A DNA stretch of 51,396 nucleotides, filler included, from Catajapyx aquilonaris (Eukaryota): assembly GCA_000934665.2 (NCBI GenBank). It is 2 parts of 2 records of this genome, joined end to end, with 100 filler letters (N's around TTAATTAATTAA, not from the genome) between each part and the next. Parts side by side here need not be neighbours in the genome. Positions count along the whole stretch, not along the records: positions 25,805 to 51,396 come from JYFJ02005358.1; 1 more part is not named here. One strand, given 5' to 3'. The notes beneath the pieces were generated by a model. The model did no database searches. It saw nothing but the letters and a program-made list of their open reading frames with translations, and was not told where the DNA came from. Within the stretch, counting starts at the first letter, position 1; each line of letters opens with the position of its first letter. Shown piece after piece: positions 34,851-46,635 of this stretch. The translations under genes were made by a program, and so were the position numbers.

Positions 34851-35531
34851 ATTTTTTTTTACTGGTTCTTATATTGTAGATATGACATTTTTTTGTGTCC
34901 TCCCCACTTCTCCCCGCCTTCCCCCACTTACTGCGGCTTGGATAGCTTGGCAGCTCACTTCCTCTGGGTTGGCTTTTCAACGGCAGATGTTACTGGATAT
35001 TGATTTCGTGGGAGTGCTATAGGTGAAGCCTATGGGGGGGGGGGGGGGNGTTTGTGGTCGTGTCCCCCCCCCCTTCCTCCTCCCAACCCTCCATCAAACC
35101 CCTCTCCCAAAACTCAGCCCGATTTTCAGCTTCAGTGATCCCCCATGCTAAAACCGGTCTTAAAGTTAGTGACGTCAAGCCACAAGCCCACAACACAAAA
35201 TTTTGAGTCAAAAATAATATGTTGAAAAAAAAACATGTATGCAGCGCCATCTGTCATGTAGAAAAACACTTCAGTATCTGTCCTGTATAATTCATCCCGA
35301 ATTGATTTCTTAGCGCGGAGGATCTTGTTATTTCAACCTCCTCCCCCATTTTCCTTTTCCCCGCCAGCCCCCTCTCCCCTCCCTGTCTTTTCTCAGAGAG
35401 TAAGTAATTATAAGCCAGTCCTAGGGGAAGAACCAGGAGTTTCTTATTCACAAAAAAATGGGGGGGGGGGGNATGTCTTGATATCCACCCTCTCAAGTCT
35501 GTCTTCATCACTTCAAATATGCCAACCACTT

Positions 35532-35569
<38 letters not shown>

Positions 35570-36153
35570 GTTTTTTTTTCTTACTAAACTCCACTAAGGC
35601 ATTACTGTTACATATGTTACTATAGGTGTGTGAATATGTGATTGTTATTTCTCACAAAGATATTAAAGGCTGGAATGGCACCACTGTGATTTTTGGCCTT
35701 TTTGGCCACCAAGTGCTGAGTCCATCCCGCCAGATGGCGACACAATCGCGGGTCAGCGACACCCGACGGCAGAGCACTAACACTACTAGAAATCAGGACT
35801 CGCGGTTTTATAATTATAGGGATGGCACATCTCGACACCCCTTAACTAATAATTGAAATCAGTTAATAAGTTAATATCTAATAATTAATATCAGCTAGTA
35901 GTTAACATTACCACTCCATTAGAATTGCCACCTAATAAAATTAATAATAATGATTATTACTAATATTTTAAGTTATAATATTAACAACATTGCCATCGTA
36001 GCTAATAATTAATATTTAGCTAATAATAATAATAAATATTACCACTCCCATTACAAATACTTGCTAATAAATATTAATGATGACTAGGCACCAACTTGCC
36101 AAAATTTGGCAAAAAATTACGCAAAAGTGCGAAAGTGAAGAGAGAGAGAGGGG

Positions 36154-36195
<42 letters not shown>

Positions 36196-36568
36196 CGTAC
36201 CAGGCAGCAGCATCGAAGTGACATCTGACGGTGAAGTGCAGAAGTAAGCGAGTCGCCAGGAGGTGGCGCCCGGCTGGAACGGCAGAATTGGGAATTCCGT
36301 GGAGCTACCGGGGTCGACCTTTTTTTGCGTTTTTTGAGTTTTACAAAGCCTCTCGGCACAGTTTCCAAAAACCAAAAGTTGTTTCCAAATATAGAAAACA
36401 CAGGCAATATTTGGACGCCACTCCCAATGATGTAGGCCGTACGGTGCAGGAGTTTCCACGACAGTCGGGTATTAATAATATTATACAGATTACTAATAAT
36501 TATAAGTAATAATTAACATCAATGCCGTCGTAGCTAATAACTGATATTAGTACAAATAAACTAATAAA

Positions 36569-36851
36569 GGGAGGCATGGTGGTCTGGTGGTTACGCCGCT
36601 GGCCAGCCAAGCGGGAGGCCGGGGTTCAAATCCCGTCCCCGTCACCTCTGCTTGGCCGGGTTTTTTTCCGCTTTTCATCCGACATGCCGGGGCAGAATTG
36701 CACTCCCTACTCTGCCCAGGGCCAGGAGAAAAGGTCTGATGTATTTCAGAAAGTCAGAAATTACTATAATTACAGTGCCCTCCCTTGGGAACCTCCCCAT
36801 TCCCCCATAAAAGAGCTCCTGCCCTATCACGGGGCATGTAAAAAAATAAAA
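36569..36851 (+). mobile_element. tRNA-Gly(GCC)-like SINE, family 1, copy 1
   Basis: A box TGGTCTGGTGG and B box GGTTCAAATCC; head resembles tRNA-Gly(GCC). Body closely matches 48143-48423; A-rich tail. Confidence 0.85.
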
Positions 36852-37155
36852 TCTATATAAATAAAGCAGTTTGCGAGTCTGTCTGTCTGTCTGTCTGTCC
36901 GCCTGCCAACCGTCATTTGCCTGCCATCTGTGCTCCACCCCCAGGCCGGGAGAGGATGGATGTGATGGGGGGTTGACTACATGGCAGGCAAATGACGGTT
37001 GCCGTTATACTGTAGGCAGGAGAGGTGTTGGAGTAGCAGGACCACAGATGGCATTGGTGGCCGGACACATAGAAAGACAGACAGTTGACGGGGGTACTGG
37101 CAGGTGTTTTCCCTTCATTCATTTCTTCCCGGGCAACGCCGGGTGCCGCAGCTAA
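36852..37155 (+). mobile_element. Non-autonomous Helitron (304 bp) inserted in the SINE tail
   Basis: A|TCTATATAAATAAAG, (CTGT)n, subterminal hairpin CCCGG(GCAACG)CCGGG, CTAA|T (CTRR), no TSD. Internal 21-bp perfect inverted repeat 36907-36927/36981-37001. Confidence 0.8.
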
Positions 37156-38469
37156 TATAGATATAAAAATAAAATAAAACAAAATAAATAAAATAATAAT
37201 AATAAATTGCTCAATTTCTTCTGATCTTGGGCAGAGTTGGGGTCATCATAGGCTTCGTTTAGGTGGGTTTTCCATTAGACTAACCACCAAGGGGTACATT
37301 TGTCCATATAAAGGAGTAATCAAGCTAACATTTATGCTTTTCACGCTTTGTTGACTTTATAATCGCCATTTTTTGACACTTTTGAGTCCATCATTGTTGA
37401 TATTTACACACGGCTTTCTCCTTTGATTCCCTGACCCTCCACAACAATGGGATGAATCTAGCCTTGCTAAAAAAAAAGTATTGATCTTATCCGGCCGAGT
37501 CCTGGACCAATTCAAGCCTGAATAACGACCAGTGTAATCCCCCGAATAAACAGGGAAGCCGCTTCCATCCAGTGAGGGGGGTGGAGGAGGAGGGAGAAGC
37601 GGGGAGTATGGGTGGGTGGGTGGGTGGGATGAATTATTGATGAATCACTGGCTAGGGCTCTAATGATGAGCTGGGGGATTAGGATCTCATTTCCTCGCCC
37701 GCTCTATGCATGCAGTGGGGGGTGGGGCTCTCTACAACTGCAGCTGCTGCCAACTCTCGACGACTTGTCAAGTTTTTTCCGGATTCCCTAGTGCCCTATT
37801 TGTACCGTCAGAGGCGCTGACTCTCACACCCGCATTGCCATCCGTAAACAAGGAGGTAGGGACAGGTTACATGGCCGATTCTCCACTTCCCAAGAGAAGA
37901 CAGTGAAAATTTTACCTCAAATTGAGCCGCAAATAACAAAATATTTTAATACCAGTAAAATAATTATTTAAAAATATATAATGCGAACAATAGCAAAATA
38001 ACTGTACCGGTAGTCAGATAATAGGTATTACTCAATTTCTTCAGATCTTGGGCATAGTTAGGGTCATCACATGCTTCGTCTCGGGTCGGGTTGGTTCTCC
38101 ACTGAACTAACCACCCAGGGGGAAAACTTACTCAAATTTAGCCGAAAATAACTCATAATATTTTAATAGTCGTAAAAATAATAACTTAGTAAAATGTTCA
38201 TTCAAATGTGGAAAATGTTAACAAAAGTCAGAAGAAATAAGAGTAGTTAGCTGATCGATTGTAATAATTGAAATATCGCCCTTTTAGAAATAATGAACGA
38301 CTAAATAAAATGTTCTAATTAGTAATATGTAATAACGGATGTGAATAACATACAATAACCAATTCAAAATAACTAATAACAATCAACAATAACCTATATA
38401 ATATACCGAAACTAATAATTAACAATAACCAGTATAAATAATAATTAATAATAGCTGGTAATTAATAAT

Positions 38470-38702
38470 GCTAGTAATATTTAATATTAGTTAATAATAT
38501 ATAATATTTAATATTAGTTAATAATATATAATATTTAATATTAGTTAATAATATATAATATTTAATATTAGTTAATAATATATAATATTTAATATTAGTT
38601 AATAATATATAATATTTAATATTAGTTAATAATATAGTCCTATAACATTTGATATTAGTTAATAATATTTTTAATATATAATATTTGATATTAGTTAATA
38701 AT
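38470..38702. repeat. ~26-28-bp AT-rich minisatellite
   Basis: Repeated TAATATTTAATATTAGTTAATAATATA. Confidence 0.85.
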
Positions 38703-39974
38703 CACTATTGACACTCCATACCATTTTAGTAATAATATTAACGACTGCATAAACTTTTCTAATAACTAATTGGAAATAACGAATGTGAATATGCAATAAC
38801 CAGTTCCAAATAACTAATAATCAACAATTGCTTATACAGTATACAGAAACTAATAATTAACAACAGCCAATATAACTAATAATCAATAATAACTGGTAAT
38901 TAATAATAGCTAATTATTAGCTAATAAGGTATGAAAATTAAAATTAATTAATAATTGCTACTAGCTGATATGTACTGTTTAAAGAATTAGTATTAACGCT
39001 CCATAAGAATTAATAGCTAATAAATAGTAGGCCTAATGATAATAATTACTAATAATTATTGTCATAAGTAATAATTAATAACAATGACGTCATAGCTATA
39101 ATATCTAATTATTAACTAGTGCAAATAAATTTATTATTATATTAGAACGTTATGGAAAATGTCATATTGTCCATCGGTGTTGACAACACAATCGGACATT
39201 TTGGTCAAGATTTGAGTTGAAAGTACATGCTCAGTGCTTAGTAAGGACGAAAAATAATAATTTTAAGCCCCGCCCACCTCACACGTCACTTAAAAATTTT
39301 GGGGTCTGGCGTGAAATAGCCCCCTCTGTGGATGGCGTTTGAAAATTTTCCGCCCAACTGATGATCAATGATCGCGTCCTATTCAGGAATATAAATAGAG
39401 CGCGGGGCTTGGGGAGGGGGGGGGGGGTTTGATCTGCTCCCGTTTTGCCTTTCCCACCCCCCCTGTCGCCCCCTCACCCCACCCAGTCCTATTTGTATTT
39501 GCATGGAATACAAAAGCGAACGGCACGCGCATTATTAGGATTAATAATCATTGTCATTACTAGTTTTTTTTAAACTCTCCCTTCATCGGTGGGGACACGT
39601 TATGGAATTATGCATGAGGGCTGTGACAGGATCAAATTATGCGGAATTATACGCGCTCAATGGGGAAATATTCATAAAAAGTTGCCTGCTCTCCCCCACA
39701 CTGCTAAGGGTCCATTTTGGACAAGATGACGGAGGACAGGTATAGTATAGGAGCGGACAATAAAAAGAAGCGGTGATTGTTGCATTCGGAATAATATTGT
39801 CGGTAAACAAATATCGAATTTATCAGAAGTATGGAAAACTAATAATCAAATACTAATTAAATACCGTATGGAACACATTGGATAATAATAAAAGTCGAAA
39901 ATATCGAAAATAAATTGAATGAAAAATATTGAAAATAATCAAAAATAAAAATTGTCGAATAATAGTTAAAATGA

Positions 39975-40171
39975 AAAATATGGAATAATAAATCAAAATC
40001 TAAAATATCGAATAATAAATCAAAATCTAAAATGTCGAATAATAAATCAAAATCTAAAATATCGAATAATAAATCAAAATCTAAAATATCAAATAATAAA
40101 TCTAAATTTAAAATATCGGATAATAAATCAAATTCCAAAATGTCGCAAAATAATTAAAACCCCAAAATATC

Positions 40172-40238
<67 letters not shown>
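39975..40238. repeat. 27-bp minisatellite followed by (AAT)n
   Basis: AATAATAAATCAAAATCTAAAATATCG units; (AAT)n at ~40173-40238. Confidence 0.85.
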
Positions 40239-40363
40239 CTCAAAATATGGAATAAAAAATTGAAAATATCAATAATTGATGGCCATGAAATTGATCTGAC
40301 AAAATCTTAAACCAATTTTATATCGAAAATGTGGTTTTCAATATTGTTGTATTTATCAAAAAT

Positions 40364-40637
40364 TAGGGCGACATGGTGGCCGAGCGGTTAGCGCCGCAGC
40401 CTTCCACCTCTAAGGCCCCGAGTTCGATCCCCGGGTCGGACAGAGGATACTTATGTGGATAGAATTTCGATGGGTTCTCTCCGTGTTCGTGTGGGTTTTC
40501 TCGGGGTCCTCCCGTTTCCTCCCACTATCAAAATCCATCACATTACAGGCAAATGATTAAAATCGGTTATTCAAAAGATGATCCCCTCAGAGGCCCAAGG
40601 GGCCTATCACGGGGTATCCATTATTATTATTATTATA
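40364..40637 (+). mobile_element. tRNA-derived SINE, family 2, with V-domain-like core; 15-bp TSD
   Basis: A box TGGCCGAGCGG and B box AGTTCGATCCC. Core TCTCCGTGTTCGTGTGGGTTTTCTCGGGGTCCTCCCGTTTCCTCCCAC; (ATT)n tail. TSD GTATTTATCAAAAAT at 40349-40363 and 40638-40652. Confidence 0.9.
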
Positions 40638-41831
40638 GTATTTATCAAAAATCGATATATAAAAATGATTATGGACCATCAATTCGGTATCCGGAATATT
40701 TTAGCATTTTATATCCATAAGAATCTACTGAAGGTTTTCCGATATGTTTTGAAGTACCAGATTGTATACCACATATGATATTATGGTCAATCGATTTATC
40801 CGAAAACGATTTTTCATGCATCAATCTGATATTCCTATTTTATATCAAAATATTGCTTAAAAAAGGCTCACGGAAAGCATTTTCGATATACTAAAAATAG
40901 ATGTTTAAAACTCGATTTTCATTCATCGATCCGATATTAAATTATTATTATTATTATTATTATTATTATTTTGCTAATATTTATATCTCAGGCTCTTCTG
41001 AATTGTTTTCGATAAGTTTATATAAATATCGATAACCTACTATATTCACTAACCGATGTTCCATATATACTATTTGATATCCCACATTTTAAACTAATTT
41101 AAATATCAAAAAATTGTACCTGGCATCGTCTATTTTCGAACTATAGGTTTGCAAACAATCCAAAATAGTTCCCATTATAGATTCATCCCAATCGATTCAA
41201 ACCTCTCCCGTCATTACTCCCATCTAATGAACCCCATCCGGATTCACTTGTCTAAAAATAGCTGTTGTCTCCTTTGTCCACACCCAACATAACTATTATT
41301 ACACACATCCTTCCTCCTCCTATTTCCTCCTTTTTTTTTCTCTCTCTCTAGCTGGCAACGTCTAATGAAATAGAGCAGGATTTCTTGTTCTATCCTGGGG
41401 GGAATTTTCACCCGAGCTGGCGTTTCTATTGAGAGCCAGAGTAATTTGGGCGGCAGGGGCACTTACGCCCCCTATAATTGGATTGGAGGAAGAGCGGTGG
41501 CGGCTCTTAGGACTGATTCGACCCAGGAGAAGGAAGTTGCACAATGGCGAAGAAGTTCCCTCTTCGCACAAGGACTTTTTTCCAATCTCCTGGAGGACAT
41601 TCTCTACGATGTTCATTTTGGGGACAACCAGCTGTCCTTGTCCGTGCAGGGTGTCATCTGTATGGCTTTTGAGTGACCGCACCAGAACTGTGCCCTGCCG
41701 GACCCTGCCAGGCACTGTACGTCTGGAAGAAAGGGAAATTTTGTATCATTGTATTTATGTACTATGGGCCAAACAAGGATTGTCGCGTGTTATCCTTGCC
41801 ATTCATGGCCGGGTCAGCCACTGAAAGTCCG

Positions 41832-42330
41832 TTAAAGGAAGGGTTCAGTGATTTTGCATGTTGGGCTTCAGAGATCAAGGAAGACTCCCTGATTCCAAAA
41901 ATGTGGTCAGTTTTGGAATCTGACGCCGCGTAAACAAATGCCGTTAGGTGAAAGTCCATATCCGCTCCTGTATTCGATACGGTAAGAACGTAAGAATACA
42001 GCCAGCGCCTCCCGCGGAAATTCCGGTAACCTGCCACCACCGTGGCCAATGAGATTGGCTAAGTCTCGGAGCCCATTTTTTCATCTTTTCACGGGACACG
42101 GGTTCCCTCTAGCCACAAGAGTGGAAGCTTCGACCACTGCATCGAAGCTTCCACTCTTGTGGCTAGAGGGAAGCCGTGTTCGGCGCTGATTTTCAAAAAA
42201 AATCAACTTTGACTTGAAATTTTACGCTTATGGTGCATTTGCCAACAAAACGGATCGGATATTTCAAATCAGGGAGTCGTGTTTCATTTTTGGAGCTCAA
42301 CATGCAGAATCACTGAACCCTTCCTTTAAA
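41832..42330. mobile_element. Foldback element: ~85-bp diverged inverted arms with an internal perfect 31-bp hairpin
   Basis: TTAAAGGAAGGGTTCAGTGATT...AATCACTGAACCCTTCCTTTAA arms (TTAA at both ends). Hairpin 42103-42133/42142-42172. Confidence 0.6.
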
Positions 42331-42459
42331 GGTACGTCCGTCCCTGCCAGGCACGGTACGGCTGCCCTGCCAGGCCCAGTATGTGCGGTCCAGCCATGCA
42401 CGGTACGTCCCAAGGCGTTACTCACTTCGGTAAGTACTCCTTGGTATACTCCCAGACTC

Positions 42460-42642
42460 CTTGGTACACCTTGGCACTCCTTGAATTTGGTACTCCGGTG
42501 TACACTCTTACAGTCGAGTGAGTAACCCCTTGGTACTCCTGGAATTTGGTACTCCGGTGTACACTCTACAGTCGAGTGAGTAACCCCTTGGTACTCCTGG
42601 AATCTGGTGCTCCGGTGTACACTTTACAGTCGAGGGAGTAAC
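42460..42642. repeat. 57-58-bp tandem repeat, about 3 copies
   Basis: GGTACTCCGGTGTACACTCT(T)ACAGTCGAGTGAGTAACCCCTT recurs; the array resumes after 43064. Confidence 0.8.
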
Positions 42643-43064
42643 TAGGGTTGTGCGATATTTCGATATATCTACTGTCGATACGATATTTTCCTAATATCGA
42701 AGTTGCGATATCCGACGCTTGGCATGTTCGATGTATCGAATATCGCGATTTTTCGATGTCGGTTGTCGATCTTTTTCGATGTCGGTTTTCGATGTCGGTT
42801 TTTCGATTTTCGATATATCGACTTCGATTCGATATTTTTCGATGTCGGTTCGATTCGGTTTTCGATCCTTTTCGATGTCGGTTTTTCGATTTTCGATATA
42901 TCGACTTCGATTCGATATTTTTCGATGTCGGTTCGATTCGGTTTTCGATCTTTTTTGATGTCGGTTTTCGATGTCGGTTTTTCGATTTTCGATATATCGA
43001 CTTCGATTCGATATTTTTTAAGTATCGAAAGTAGATATGTAATTTCGGATATCGCACAGCCCTG
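42643..43064. mobile_element. hAT-type MITE (422 bp) with 8-bp TSD
   Basis: TAGGGTTGTGCGATAT...ATATCGCACAGCCCTG termini; TSD GGAGTAAC at 42635-42642 and 43065-43072. The interior is an array of TTCGAT/TCGGTT motifs. Confidence 0.88.
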
Positions 43065-43934
43065 GGAGTAACCCCTTGGTACGTCCGTCCCTGCCAGAAA
43101 CGTACGTCCGGCCATGCCAGGCACCGGTACAACTTGCCCTTCCAGGCACGGTACGTCGCCGCACACCAACGAACGTTATTGTGGGACAAAGCATTCCCAA
43201 AAGCCCCTTTTGACTACATGGCAAGTTTGCATACCCCTACAAAAAAAGCCCTACCATGTTTTTTGGTCACCTGCAGTCCAATTACAGCCTAATTACCGTA
43301 CCCCTGACACGCGTCATTTCCCCCGCTGAACATTCCAGGTCAAAGAGCAGCTCAGTGCGCTACAACCTAATTTGTCCAGCGTTTTTCCCCTCCCCGCAAT
43401 TTTTTTCCCTCTCTCTTCCCAGAGTGTCCAGCTTCACCACAACCGACCCGTCCAATCAATGATGGCGTCCAGAATATTATCCCATCCACCCCTACCACCC
43501 CCTTGAAACAGCAGCTACCGCAGGCTGCACCATGTTGGATCAATCACCTCTCTCTCTCGCTCGCTCGCTCGCTCGCTTTTTTCCAAAAAAAAAATGCAAA
43601 AAAAAAGCCAAAACCTTCGATCCTGAGTGGGCGCCTGCGCTTGCCAAAACCGACAAACCCCACCCACATTCACCGCCAAAAAATTTTCCCCATCCGGCAG
43701 TGCCAACGTGGCCAAAATCCCTACTTTCCGACCCCAAACGGGGGGCCCCCCACTAATTGCGGTAGGGTCCCACTAAATTAATAAGGGAGACGTGACAATA
43801 CTCCCAGGTGTCGTCTGTGGGACTAGGGATGTCAGATGGAGGTTTTGGTACAATTGTGAGACGTGAAACATTGTTTGAAGTGGACAAAATGGGGGTAGTT
43901 AGCAATAAAGCCGTATCTGCACTCGGCGAGAAAA

Positions 43935-44730
43935 TAGGTAGCGAGTCGCTTAGACTTGCTGCTAAAAGCGTGGCGAGAAGGGTTATTCGCAGCTTGTAAG
44001 CCCAGCTTGCTCTAAAGTGACATTTTAAACTTATGTTCTTGCCACGCTTTTAGGTAGCGAGTTGAACACAATTGATTTGCTACTAAAAGCGTGGCGTGAA
44101 GCGTTTCTCATAGCGACCCATATTTACTTGTATGTGTCCAGAAGTGACTTCGCGCGCTAAGGTTCTCGTCACGCTCCATTTTCTCGCAACGCTTTTAGGT
44201 AGCGAGTCGCTCGTAGCTCAACATGTCGTGTCCAACTCGTTCCTTAAAAGCGTGGCGAGAAGCGTTTCTCACAGCTTTTACACCCATCTTGTACGTGCCC
44301 AGAAGTGACTTTTCGCGCTAAGGTTCTCGCCACGAATAATTTTCTCGCATAAACCGGTTCTCGCCACGCTTTCAGGTAGCGAGTCGTTCCCAACGCAGCA
44401 CTAGCTAATTGTGTCTAACTTGTTCTTTAAAAGCGTGGCGAGAAGCTTTTATCGCAGTTTGTAAACCCATCTTTTAGCTTATAAGTGACTTCTTACGCTT
44501 AAATTCTCGCCACGCTCAATTTTCTCGCATACACAGCCACGCTTTCAGGTAGTGAGTCGCTCCTAGCTCAGCACTAGCCAATCATGTGCAACTTGCTGTA
44601 GACCTACCTAAAAACCGTGAATAGAATGCGTTTCAAACCCATCTTTACTATGTGCCCAGAATGGATTTCTCACGCTTAGGTTCTCGTCACGCTAAATTCT
44701 CTATGTTCTAGCCTTCTCGACACCCTTTTT
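43935..44730. repeat. Complex repeat array (AGGTAGCGAGTCG / AAAAGCGTGGCGAGAA / TTCTCGCCACGC units)
   Basis: About 5 degenerate units, each containing an internal inverted pair. Confidence 0.7.
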
Positions 44731-44866
44731 GACACGAGTTGTACTATTTACAAGCCTAGTCAGTATAAAAGATTGGCGAAAAATTACTTATCTCCACGAA
44801 AACCTGTGTTTGCGAGAAAATTCAGCGTGGCGACCAATCACAGATATCCGGTTCTCGCTAGGAAAA

Positions 44867-45393
44867 TCGCGATCATTGTAGGAGTATCTGCTTGTCGATG
44901 CCGCTATGCTTAATCCGACCCAAGATGGCGGCGTCCAGGGTACCCAGAGTGCCTGAGATGGCCTGGTCCGCACCCGGTGGCAAATAGGCAAACCCCAAGT
45001 GGTCCCCGCAACCAGCCCACCTACTCTCATAGGTTTTTGTATTCGTTGCAGATAGGGCTGTATCCGCTGAAGATAGGATGTATCCGCTAAAGATAGGGCT
45101 GTATTCGATGAAGATATGATGTATCCGCTGAAGACAGGGCTGTATCCGCTGAAGACAGGGCTGTATCCGTTGAAGATAGGGATGTATCCGCTGAAGATAT
45201 GGGTGTATCCCCAATGAAAGAAGGTTAAGTTAGAGCCGGTTAGGGCCGGTTGCGGGGACCACTTGGGGTTTGCCAATATGCCCTCTGGGCGGACCAGGGG
45301 CATCTCCGGCACTCTGGGTACCCTGGCCACGGCCATCTTGGGTCGGATTAAGCATAGCTGCATCAACAAGCAGCTACTCCTACAGCGATCGCG
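44867..45393. mobile_element. MITE with ~150-bp inverted arms around a 21-bp tandem array; a third arm lies at ~45638-45742
   Basis: CGCGATC..TGTAGGAGTA...AATCCGACCCAAGATGGC is mirrored at the right end. Internal (GAYAGGGCTGTATCCGCTGAA)n at ~45050-45210. Confidence 0.75.
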
Positions 45394-45459
45394 CTTTTCG
45401 TGAGAGCGAGGCTCAAATCGTGAGGGCGTAAACAAACTGGTCGGCTGTATAGGGATGTA

Positions 45460-45597
45460 CTATGGGTCTCAAATTGTTTTGGCCACTTTATCCTCGTCTT
45501 GAAGCAACCCTTCGCACAGGCCCCACGTTGAGCATGTGTGTGTGAAGGGTTGCTTCAAGACCAGGATGAAGTGGCCAAAACAATTTGAGCCCCATAG
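45460..45597. mobile_element. Small foldback MITE with TA TSD
   Basis: TA|CTATGGGTCTCAAATTGTTTTGGCCACTT...AAGTGGCCAAAACAATTTGAGCCCCATAG|TA; ~60-bp arms. Confidence 0.75.
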
Positions 45598-46512
45598 TAT
45601 ACCTCCTTTGTAAAAAAGCGTAGCTCCGGGCTCCGGGTGGACCAGGGGGATCTCAGGGACTCTGGGTACCCTGGACACCGCCATCTTGGGTCGGATTAAA
45701 CATAGCGGTATCAACAAGCAGCTATTCCTACAGCGATCGCGCTTAAGCTGACCCAAAGCAGACGTTTCACTGTACAGTACAGATACGGCTTTTTTGCTAA
45801 TCCGCACCGTGTAGCTATAGGCGCTGACCAATTATCGCCCTCAATTTTTTTGTCGCCTCCAGCAACCTGTCAAGACATACTCCATAAGTGTGTGTTATAT
45901 CCATCCGGGTCCAACCGCATGGAAAATGACTCCGCCTCCAGACATTTCCGGGGCATTAGTAGTCCCCCGCTTATTTAAAACTGGTTCCAAAACGATGCCG
46001 AAAAGCCTCGCTTTATATGCCGAGTTGAGCTTTCAGTAATCTGCTAGTGAAATATTACATGCGGGCTTGGAGAGGAAAAGCGGTCGGTAGAGAGGGGGTT
46101 GGATGGTAGAGGGGAGGAGAAAAATCAATATGGAGGCTAAACCCTTGTGGAGGCTTTTTCCTCTGGCCGCCCCCCCCCCCCCNCCCCCCCCCCCCGTCCC
46201 TCCCAACCCCCCTCCAGGAAAATCTTTTGAACGTCCCGACGGCAAAAGCGAGAAAGCGTGTAATGGAGCCACATTTTATGTCCCCGACTCGGCACCGACA
46301 TACTTCTGCTCATACCAGGACCTCAGTCGCCTTATTTTGTGGTTTGGGTTTCAGTAGGGGGTGGCAACCCAGTTGGGATATTAGTTATGCTCTTTGGGCC
46401 ACGGGTTTTGGTGTTGGGATCATTACGTGGTGTATACTTTGAGGTTCACTTGGATCTGATTTTACGCAGTGTTTATTTATTACTTGTTAACATTGGTTTA
46501 TATTATATTTAG

Positions 46513-46635
46513 CCTCCTGAGACCCGAAGTACAGTATACTGTACCTTTGTTTTTTGTTTTTTTACGCGTTTGAGTTAGTCAGAAGGTGCTGGAAAAAACA
46601 AAAGTACAGTATACTGTACCAGGGGTCTCAGGAGG
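46513..46635. mobile_element. piggyBac-like mini-MITE
   Basis: 13-bp TIR CCTCCTGAGACCC/GGGTCTCAGGAGG. Flanks TTAG and TTGC may be decayed TTAA. GTACAGTATACTGTAC palindrome near both ends. Confidence 0.55.

Noticed and set aside
42566..43189. 207-aa and overlapping repetitive ORFs
   Set aside because: They arise from the stop-poor internal array of the hAT MITE.
44788..45435. 215-aa ORF
   Set aside because: It spans MITE arms and a 21-bp array, with no protein motif.
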